Below are positions 7,231-14,300 of a stretch of 17,740 nt of DNA, one piece after another. The notes beneath the pieces are model-generated. The model saw nothing but the letters and a program-made list of their open reading frames with translations. It did not search any database and had not been told where the DNA came from. The first letter of the stretch is position 1; each line of letters opens with the position of its first letter. A program made the translations under genes and the position numbers. Origin of the DNA: Armatimonadota bacterium (GTDB lineage: Bacteria > Armatimonadota > UBA10988); the NCBI GenBank assembly GCA_016235455.1, contig JACRKZ010000137.1, forward strand, positions 1 to 17,740, written 5' to 3'.

Positions 7231-7955
7231 GCACACTTGGCCGGCCGGCTGCTCCAGCGCATCGACGACAGCAAGAACCTGACCTGCAACTTCGCCTACA
7301 ACGAGGCCGGCGGCGCGCTGACCAGCGTCAGGCCGGCGCCTCCCGCGGCTCGCCAAGCCTTGGCAACCCGGCCAGGTTGAAAACGACCGCACCGTCGTGG
7401 ACAGCAGATGGTCCGTCGGCCACTGGCGGGCTCGGAGTCGGTCGGGTCGGGCACCGATGAACACGCCAGCAAGCCGGTTCAGGCCATGACGAGTCGGTTT
7501 GCCCCCAAATCAGCCGCTCGGCGCCGGATCGACCAACGTGAATGGGCAACGACAGATCGGCTCTGTGAGCCACGTAGCGCCGATCGATGCGCCCACTCGT
7601 TGTACATTCACCACGCGCAGAGCCGCTCCAGGAGCCGAGCGGCGCTATCCCTAGCTAGTTAGTTGGTCGAGAGACTCAGGATCAAGCTATTGGGCAAGCC
7701 TGTGGCGAAGAGCCAAAGCGAAGGAACAGCCAGCCACCTGCCTGTGGTACCAGGCAGGGATCATGCCGCACTCGCGGTGCTCCCTTCACCTTGGCCCTGC
7801 GTGACCCCGAGCAGCACACTGGGCCAGTGACGTTTGCCTACCAGGCCGACATCGACGGCAAGCTCCGTCGCGCTCTTAGGCGCGCCGGCCATGGTGTGGC
7901 TCGTAGCAGGCCCCGCGCTCGGCTATGGGGCCGGCAGTGGGTCGGCGTGGCGCGC

Positions 7956-9818
7956 CTAGTCGCCGAACAGCCGGCCGGTCAGGTCCATCCAGATCTCGCC
8001 TGGTACGGCGATGGGCCCGGCCACAGCCGCATCGCGCGTGATGGTGATGACCCGCCTGGTACGCGGGTGCGGCCAGTAGTCGCCGCTGGGGCCGGCCGCG
8101 TTGGTGGGCCGCCGCTTGAAGGGCATCACCTGGTAGCTGCCCTCCTTGAGCCCGTTGCGGCTGGACTCCTTGGCGAGGTCGAGATTGAACTTGCCATCGG
8201 CGCCGCTGACCCAACTCTCGCTCTGGTACGTCTTGCCCGTGGCCTCGAAGACGAGGAAGATCGTGGCTCCGGGCAGCGCGTTGCCGTCCGGGCCGCGCAC
8301 GTAGCCGGTGACCCGGCCGGAGCTCACCGGCCCGGGGTCGGCCGCCAGCGGCGTGCCCGTGCGGACTCCCTTGCTGGCGTCGTAGGCCTCGGCGGCGTCC
8401 GCGCCAACGAGAACCAGCCAGGTGATGAACTGAGTGCCCTCACGCGTCGTGCCGTCCTGGGCCTTGTAGGTCCATTTGCTGCGCGACCAGACCTCGCCGA
8501 CGCCGTTAGCCACGGCCCGTATCTTCATGCCGTCGCCAATGCGTTCGGAAGAGAGCACCGAGTCAGGTCCGCAGAACCAATCGACAGTGTCCCCCGGGAA
8601 GCGGGTAACACTGCTCTGCAGTTTGCTCAAGCCGGCACCCGTGACCACCGCGTTGGGCACGTCCGTGTGGTTGAGCAGCTTCGTGTCGCCGCGGTGGAGC
8701 TTGAGCGTCTCCTTGAGAGCATGCACAAACCGGCCACCAATGCCAAACAGGCGGTCGCTGGCGTAGGCGGGCAGCTTGAATGAAGGGCCAGGCGCGCCCA
8801 GCGCGGCTTGCGTCGAGTTGGTGGTGTCGAGGGTCGCCGGACGGTTGGGGTCAGAGGGCCGCGCCGTGAACAAGCCCGGGTAAGCCGAGGTGGCGACCGG
8901 CTTGCCGGTGAGCGCCTCGACCACCTGGCCGGTGCCGGAGCCGCCCTGAATGCTGCCCGATGGGCCCAGCGCGCCGCGCACCTCCACATCGGTGTCCACG
9001 CGGTCCGACACGGGCTTCTTGTCACGCACGCCTTTGAGCGCCACGGTCAGCGCTAACCGTCCAACAAGCAGGCCCTTGTCCACGGTGGCCTCGAAGCGAC
9101 TGCGCGGGAAAGTCACTTGCGCGCCCGGCGTGGCCTTGGTCAATGCGGTCACAAGCGGCGCGGCGAGCAGGTCGCCGGTCACCGTGGCGCCGGTCACGCG
9201 GAAGCGAATCACCGGTGCGCAGCCGAGGCCGCAGACGCGGGGCAGGGCCCAATCGAAACTCTCGCCGCCGGAGGGCTTCACCCAATCCGGGTAGGCCAGC
9301 GGGCCGACGGGGATCATCGCCGCTCGCCGGCTGGGCGGCGCTCCGGCAATGCGGCTGGCCGCCGGGTACTCCACGGGCGTGAACTCGCCCGGCGCCCACC
9401 TGACCGTCAGCCACTGGCTGTTGAGGTCACTCTCCTGACCGTCGATGATGGCCGAACTGGCCAGGTAGAAGACGCCACCCCGGGGGTCTTCGGGCGGCAC
9501 GACGGCGGTCAGATCGATCCAGGCCTGCAAGTCGTCGGGCTTGGTGACCTTGCCCGCGGCACGGCCGACCTCGGTGTTGTAGCTGTCGCGCTTGCCCTGC
9601 TCAAACGAGCGGTAGACCACGATGGTGCAAGGCGTGCCCGGCGGGATCGCCGTGCCATCGGCCCGGGTGCGGGGCGGGACGATGCACATGGGGATTTTGT
9701 TGGTCCCGCCGACCAGCATCTGCACGCTGTTCTTCCCATTGCGGGGCGCCTCGGGGAGAGCCGCGTAGAGCGGAGAGAGCGAGAGAACGAGAATGGTGAA
9801 GACCCGGGCAGTGTGCAT
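7956..9818 (-). CDS. Secreted multidomain protein of unknown function, with a C-terminal carboxypeptidase-regulatory-like (Cna-B/transthyretin-like) domain (620 aa)
   Basis: ATG at 9818 with AGGGAG RBS upstream. Signal-peptide-like start MHTARVFTILVLSLSPLYAA. C-terminal GRVTGYVRGPDGNALPGATIFL...SGADGKFNL...GSYQV pattern. The extension to 10085 looks non-coding. Confidence 0.75.
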   Translation of the reverse strand: MHTARVFTILVLSLSPLYAALPEAPRNGKNSVQMLVGGTNKIPMCIVPPRTRADGTAIPPGTPCTIVVYRSFEQGKRDSYNTEVGRAAGKVTKPDDLQAWIDLTAVVPPEDPRGGVFYLASSAIIDGQESDLNSQWLTVRWAPGEFTPVEYPAASRIAGAPPSRRAAMIPVGPLAYPDWVKPSGGESFDWALPRVCGLGCAPVIRFRVTGATVTGDLLAAPLVTALTKATPGAQVTFPRSRFEATVDKGLLVGRLALTVALKGVRDKKPVSDRVDTDVEVRGALGPSGSIQGGSGTGQVVEALTGKPVATSAYPGLFTARPSDPNRPATLDTTNSTQAALGAPGPSFKLPAYASDRLFGIGGRFVHALKETLKLHRGDTKLLNHTDVPNAVVTGAGLSKLQSSVTRFPGDTVDWFCGPDSVLSSERIGDGMKIRAVANGVGEVWSRSKWTYKAQDGTTREGTQFITWLVLVGADAAEAYDASKGVRTGTPLAADPGPVSSGRVTGYVRGPDGNALPGATIFLVFEATGKTYQSESWVSGADGKFNLDLAKESSRNGLKEGSYQVMPFKRRPTNAAGPSGDYWPHPRTRRVITITRDAAVAGPIAVPGEIWMDLTGRLFGD

Positions 9819-10059
9819 GGTCGTCTCCCTGTCACGGACCACGATGTTGTGCCTGATCAACCGTAGCTCACCGGGCAGGCGCCCGCCACTGGACAACCCG
9901 GCTCGGCCAGAGGCGGCGGCAACCGTTCGGCAACAAACGAGTGGGAAGATGCGCGGTGCGTGGAACGGCGGCGCCTCGCGCACCACGCACGCCGGGTGGC
10001 CGCTGAACGGGAGTCTGGTCATGGTAGCTGCCCCCGTGATGCGAGCTGACTGACCAGCA

Positions 10060-10079
10060 CCCAGCCGCGGGCGGCTGGG
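10060..10079 (-). terminator. GC-rich hairpin downstream of dnaE2, possible terminator
   Basis: CCCAGCCG-N4-CGGCTGGG perfect 8-bp stem, 15 nt after the stop codon. No clear U-tract. Confidence 0.4.
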
Positions 10080-10094
10080 GGCCATGGCGGCGCG

Positions 10095-13000
10095 TCAATA
10101 CAACGTCCGCGCATGCGGCGAGGCGAAGTTCGGCAGCGCCCGCAGCGCCACCACCTTGTCGGCGATAAGCCCCTGGCCGGTGCGGTTGTCCACGCGGCCG
10201 GCGACCATCACCACCGGGTTGTGCAGCGCGGCCTGGCCGTCGCGCTGATAGACATCGCGGAAGCAGGTGATGGGGATGACGCCGCTCTCGTCCTCCAGAT
10301 CGAAGAACAGCGTGTTGCGCCCGGTCTTGGTCGGCGGCCGGTGCGGGCGGATGACCAGGCCGCAGACGCGGTAGGCCGTGCCCGGCTCGGAATGAGGCAC
10401 GCGCGCCACGGGCACCGCGCCATACCGCGCTACTTTGCGCCGCGCCAGCTCCACGGGATGGCAGGTGGGCGAGTAGCCCAGCACGTCCCATTCGCCAGCC
10501 ACCTTGTCCCAGTCGCTCAGGTCGGCCAGGCGTGGGTCGGGCGGCGGATCGACGTGGCCCAGGTCGAGGCTCAGGCCGTCGTCTTGGGGCAGGCGCGGCA
10601 GTTCCTGAATCTGCCACAGCAACATGCGCCGGTGCAGCCGCTCGCCGCGCGGGCCCTGCAGGTGGTCGCAAGCGCCCGACCGCACCAGCGCCATGAGCTT
10701 GTCGCGCGGCAGCCCCGCGGCGCGTTGCAGGTCGCCGATGGTGCGGTGCGGCCGCGTGGCCACGATCTGCTCGGCGGTCTCGACGCTGATGCGCTTGATC
10801 TGCGCCAGACCCATGCGAATGGTGTCGCCCCAGCCCTCGGTGCGCGCCGGCCCGTGGTTGATATCGGGCGACTCGATGCGCACGCCGCGCCGCCGCACCA
10901 CGCCGATCAGCGTATGCACCGGGTAGAAGCCCATGGGCTGGTTGCGCAGCAGACCGGCGAAGTACTCCGCCGGATGATGCTCGATGAGGTAGACGCTGCG
11001 GTAGGCCGTGTCGGCAAAGGCTGCGGCATGGCTCTCGCAGAAGCCGTAGCCGGCGAACCCGCGCACCGCATCGAACAGTGAAGCGGCGGTCTCGGCAGCC
11101 AGTCCGTTGGCCTCCGCCTTGGCACAGAACTGCCGACCCAACTCGGCCATGGCATCGCCGCTGCGGTAGTGGCTGATGCTACGGCGCAGCAGGTCGGCTT
11201 CGGCCGCCGTGAGCCCCGCGGCGATGCGCGCCACCTCGATGACCTGCTCCTGATAGACCAGCACGCCGTAGGTCTTGGAGAGCACCGGCTCCAGCTCGGG
11301 CAGCCAGTACTCGATCTTCTCGCGCCCATGACGCCGCGCCAGATAGTGCTCGGGCATGCCGGTCACCATCGGGCCCGGCCGAATGAGCGCCAGCGCCGCC
11401 ACCAGCGGCTCGAAGCAGTCGCAGCCCAGCCGCGCATGGAGCGAGCGCTGCGCCGGACTGCCCACCTCAAATGCGCCATAGGTCTCGCTGCGCCGCAGCC
11501 GGGCGTAGGTGGCTTCGTTGTCCAGCGGCACATCGAACACCTCAAACTCGGGCTGGCCGACGCGGATGAAGCGGTTGGCATCCTCCAGCACGCTGAACAT
11601 GGGCAGGCACAGACAGTCGAACTTGGTCAGCCGGTCCTCGACGTCTTCCTTGTCGCCCTGGATGACCGGGAACGGCTGCCAGCCACCCTCCTCCGTCTCC
11701 CACAGCCGCGCGGCATGTTGCACGCCGACCAGGTCGGCCAACGGCGGGCTGGTGATGACCACGCCGCCCAGATGCGTGCCCAGGTTGCGCGGGATGCCGG
11801 CCAGCTTGGGCAGCAGCGCGCGCAACTGCGCGAACCGCGATTCCGCCCAGGCGCTGCCGCGGATATCGGGGTACTTGGCCTCGGCGCCGTCGATCTGGTC
11901 GGCGCCCAGGTGCGGCAGCGACTTGGCCAGCGCGTCGATCTCCGCCGGCGGCAGGGCCAGCGCGCGGCCCACATCGCGCACGGCGCTGCGCGCGTGGTAG
12001 CGCACGTAGGTGCCCGTCATGGCCACATGGCCCGGGCCGTAGCGCTTGAGGATGTAGTCGAGCACCTTGTCGCGCCCATCGCGCGCGAAGTCGACGTCGA
12101 TATCGGGCAGGCTCTCGGTGCGCTCCTCGTTGAGGAACCGCGCCGGCGTGATGTCGCGGCTGTAAGCATCGACATTGGCGATACGCAGCGCATAGCAGAC
12201 GACGCTGCCCGCGGCGCTGCCGCGCCCCGCGCAGCGGATGTCGTGCGCGCGCGCCCAGCGACAGACATCCCACACCAGCAGGAAATAGCCGTCCAGCCCC
12301 AGCTTGTGGATGATGCGCAGCTCGTCGGCCACACGCGGCGCGACCTTGGCCCACATGCCCCGCGGATAGCGCGTCTTGACCCCTTCGTGCACCAGCCGCG
12401 TGAGCAGCGCGTGCTGCTCGGCCTCCGGCGCGCCGTTGAACGACGGCACATAGCGGTCGCGGCTCAGCCCCAGTTCGTCGCAGGCCTCGGCCACCTTGGT
12501 CGTCAGCCGCAGCGCCTCGGGCAGGTCCTCAAAGGTCCGCGCCATCTCGTCGCCGCTCTGCAGGTACTGCATGTCGTTGGCCGGCCGGCCGGCGAACGGG
12601 GTATCGACAGTCTGCAGGTAACGCGTGCAGGTCAGCAGGTCATAGACCGGGAAGTCCTCGCGCACGGCATACCGCACATCGCCCGTGGCCACGTAGCGCA
12701 GGCCCAGTCGCCGCGCCAGCTCCACCTGTTGCAGGCTCAGCCGGCGGTCGCCAGCGCAGCCCAGCCGCTGGATCTCCACCAGCACCGAGCGCGCACCATA
12801 CAGCTCGCACAACCGCCGTAGCAACTGCTCCGCGCCAGCCTCGTCGCGCGCGCGCAGCCGCCGCGCCAGCTCACCCCGCCGCCCGCCGGTGAGAACGAAA
12901 CTGCCCTCGCCAGCCCACGCCTCCAGATCGGCCCAGCGCGCCAACGGCGCACCCCGCGCGCCGGCCAGATGCACCCGCGAAGTGAGCTGACACAGCCGCC

Positions 13001-13253
13001 GATAGCCCTCGCGTCGGCGGCACACGAACGTCAACGGACCGATCTCCGTGGTCAGCGTGCCCCCGACAATCGGTTTGACGCCCACCTTGCCCGCCGCCAT
13101 CTCGAACCGTGGCAACGCGCAGAGGTAATCCTCCTCGGTCAGCGCCAGAGCCGTCTGACCCAACGCCGCCGCCTGCTCCAGGTAGCGCTCGGGATGGCCC
13201 GCGCCACGCAGGAAGCTGTAGCAACTCGTGGCTCGCAGATGCACGTAATCCAT
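10095..13253 (-). CDS. dnaE2: DNA polymerase III alpha-family, error-prone DnaE2-type polymerase (1052 aa)
   Basis: Motifs YSFLRGA, GRGSAAGSVVCYAL, PDIDVDF (two catalytic Asp), KFD (third Asp), YGFCESHAAAFA, NQPMGFY and an OB fold with LEDESG. YSFLxGA, ESHA, QPMGFY, a degenerate PHP domain and the short C-terminus favour DnaE2 over replicative DnaE1. Confidence 0.9.
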   Translation of the reverse strand: MDYVHLRATSCYSFLRGAGHPERYLEQAAALGQTALALTEEDYLCALPRFEMAAGKVGVKPIVGGTLTTEIGPLTFVCRRREGYRRLCQLTSRVHLAGARGAPLARWADLEAWAGEGSFVLTGGRRGELARRLRARDEAGAEQLLRRLCELYGARSVLVEIQRLGCAGDRRLSLQQVELARRLGLRYVATGDVRYAVREDFPVYDLLTCTRYLQTVDTPFAGRPANDMQYLQSGDEMARTFEDLPEALRLTTKVAEACDELGLSRDRYVPSFNGAPEAEQHALLTRLVHEGVKTRYPRGMWAKVAPRVADELRIIHKLGLDGYFLLVWDVCRWARAHDIRCAGRGSAAGSVVCYALRIANVDAYSRDITPARFLNEERTESLPDIDVDFARDGRDKVLDYILKRYGPGHVAMTGTYVRYHARSAVRDVGRALALPPAEIDALAKSLPHLGADQIDGAEAKYPDIRGSAWAESRFAQLRALLPKLAGIPRNLGTHLGGVVITSPPLADLVGVQHAARLWETEEGGWQPFPVIQGDKEDVEDRLTKFDCLCLPMFSVLEDANRFIRVGQPEFEVFDVPLDNEATYARLRRSETYGAFEVGSPAQRSLHARLGCDCFEPLVAALALIRPGPMVTGMPEHYLARRHGREKIEYWLPELEPVLSKTYGVLVYQEQVIEVARIAAGLTAAEADLLRRSISHYRSGDAMAELGRQFCAKAEANGLAAETAASLFDAVRGFAGYGFCESHAAAFADTAYRSVYLIEHHPAEYFAGLLRNQPMGFYPVHTLIGVVRRRGVRIESPDINHGPARTEGWGDTIRMGLAQIKRISVETAEQIVATRPHRTIGDLQRAAGLPRDKLMALVRSGACDHLQGPRGERLHRRMLLWQIQELPRLPQDDGLSLDLGHVDPPPDPRLADLSDWDKVAGEWDVLGYSPTCHPVELARRKVARYGAVPVARVPHSEPGTAYRVCGLVIRPHRPPTKTGRNTLFFDLEDESGVIPITCFRDVYQRDGQAALHNPVVMVAGRVDNRTGQGLIADKVVALRALPNFASPHARTLY

Positions 13254-13257
13254 GGTT

Positions 13258-13271
13258 CAAACTGATGTTTG
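13258..13271. promoter_or_regulatory. Putative LexA (SOS) box CAAAC-N4-GTTTG
   Basis: Perfect palindrome CAAACTGATGTTTG, 4 nt upstream of the dnaE2 ATG. It is a variant of the Firmicutes/Actinobacteria/Chloroflexi-type CGAAC-N4-GTTCG box. dnaE2 genes are commonly LexA-controlled. Confidence 0.6.
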
Positions 13272-13281
13272 CATGGCTCTG

Positions 13282-13311
13282 AGTATAGGACAGCGCGGCC
13301 CAAACTGGCAA
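13282..13311 (-). promoter_or_regulatory. Putative sigma70 promoter of dnaE2 (TTGCCA-N18-TATACT)
   Basis: On the minus strand, -35 TTGCCA is at 13311-13306 and -10 TATACT at 13287-13282. Each matches 5/6 of consensus in a GC-rich background. Confidence 0.6.
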
Positions 13312-13518
13312 GGGAGTGTGTGGCGCGACGAGTCGGCGCCGCCGCTCCTGGCCACGGGCTTGCGGGCATGAGGGTATCCCCACAGGGCAAGGACGGCGGA
13401 GCCATGGGATTGGGAGCAGGATCCACCGGTTGTGTCCCAGACCCAATTAGGCGCACGGAAAATGGGAAGACTTCTCATAGCAGGCAGGCAGATCCGCTCG
13501 AGGTCCAAGGAGACCGAC

Positions 13519-14205
13519 ATGAAAAGGCGTTCAGGTTTCACTCTGATAGAGTTGCTGGTAGTGATCGCGATCATCGCGATTCTCGCCGCAATTCTGTTCC
13601 CCGTTTTCGCCAAGGCTCGCGAGAAGGCGCGCACGGCGAGTTGCCAGAGCAATCTCAAGCAGATGATGCTGGGCGTCATTCAGTACACACAGGACTATGA
13701 CGAGCGCTACCCGTCGGCGCGCTGGGGCGGCAACAACGCCTACAGTTGGCGCGCGACGACCGAGCCGTACGTCAAGAGCAAGCAGCTCTTCGCCTGTCCG
13801 TCCAACCCCGATTCGCAGCTCATCTGCGCGGGTGACGGCTTCCCCCGCGGCTACTGCGCCAACGGCGCCGCCTCCAACGGCGGCACGCAGCCGCTGGACC
13901 AGGCACCACAGTCGATTGCCTCGGTCATCTCACCATCGCAGTGCATCGGGCTGGCCTGCATCACCAAGCGCAACAACGGTGACGCGGACATCTGGTTCAA
14001 CGACTACACCGCGGGCGTCAACGGCGGCTACAGCGGCTCCTATGGCCACAACGGCATGGGCACGTATGGCTTCCTCGACGGGCACGTCAAGCTGATGAAG
14101 CCCACCGCCACGACCATACCGGTCAATCTGTGGGACATCAACAACAACACCGCGACGGCCACGGTTACGGCCTGGGCCGCGCTGTGCGAGACGGCGATGA
14201 AGTAG
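13519..14205 (+). CDS. Prepilin-type N-terminal cleavage/methylation protein with H-X9-DG motif (DUF1559-like), 228 aa
   Basis: AAGGAG (13507-13512) precedes ATG 13519. Sequence MKRRSG|[43 protein letters not shown]-terminal [15 protein letters not shown]. Confidence 0.93.
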   Translation: MKRRSGFTLIELLVVIAIIAILAAILFPVFAKAREKARTASCQSNLKQMMLGVIQYTQDYDERYPSARWGGNNAYSWRATTEPYVKSKQLFACPSNPDSQLICAGDGFPRGYCANGAASNGGTQPLDQAPQSIASVISPSQCIGLACITKRNNGDADIWFNDYTAGVNGGYSGSYGHNGMGTYGFLDGHVKLMKPTATTIPVNLWDINNNTATATVTAWAALCETAMK

Positions 14206-14227
14206 GGCGCGGCGTGCGCGTTCCTGG

Positions 14228-14261
14228 ACCGCCCCGTCGCGCTTTGGCGTTGCGGGGCGGT
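14228..14261. terminator. Hairpin between convergent genes, probable terminator
   Basis: ACCGCCCCG/CGGGGCGGT 9-bp stem with further inner pairing, located between stops at 14205 and 14301. Followed by a T/G-rich tail on the + strand. Confidence 0.55.
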
Positions 14262-14300
14262 TGGGGTTTGGGGTGGTGCGCGGCGAGGTCGCAGGCTCGA

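Larger units (their letters stand above)
6977..7324 (+). pseudogene. Scar of four short degenerate RHS fragments
   Basis: 6977-7016 matches 2051-2090 (35/40). 7019-7051 matches 2136-2168. 7083-7198 matches 2678-2793. 7238-7324 matches 2556-2639 with a 3-nt insertion. No continuous RHS reading frame. Confidence 0.9.

Noticed and set aside
9956-9990. Inverted repeat GTGCGTGG/CCACGCAC in the leader of the secreted gene
   Set aside because: An 8-bp stem with no recognisable riboswitch or operator consensus; could be chance.
10113-12821. Long + strand ORFs (322 aa, 550 aa) opposite dnaE2, and similar antisense ORFs over the RHS and secreted genes
   Set aside because: Typical shadow ORFs of GC-rich coding DNA, Arg/Ala-rich with no motifs.
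150-13253. Idea that DnaE2 diversifies the RHS tips, or a DGR-like template/variable repeat pair
   Set aside because: No reverse transcriptase is present, repeat differences are not adenine-specific, and dnaE2 is separated by an unrelated gene and has its own promoter. Proximity alone is not evidence.
13378-13440. CACAGGGCAA resembling the start of a c-di-GMP-I riboswitch
   Set aside because: The following GAAA tetraloop stem and GCAAAG elements are missing.
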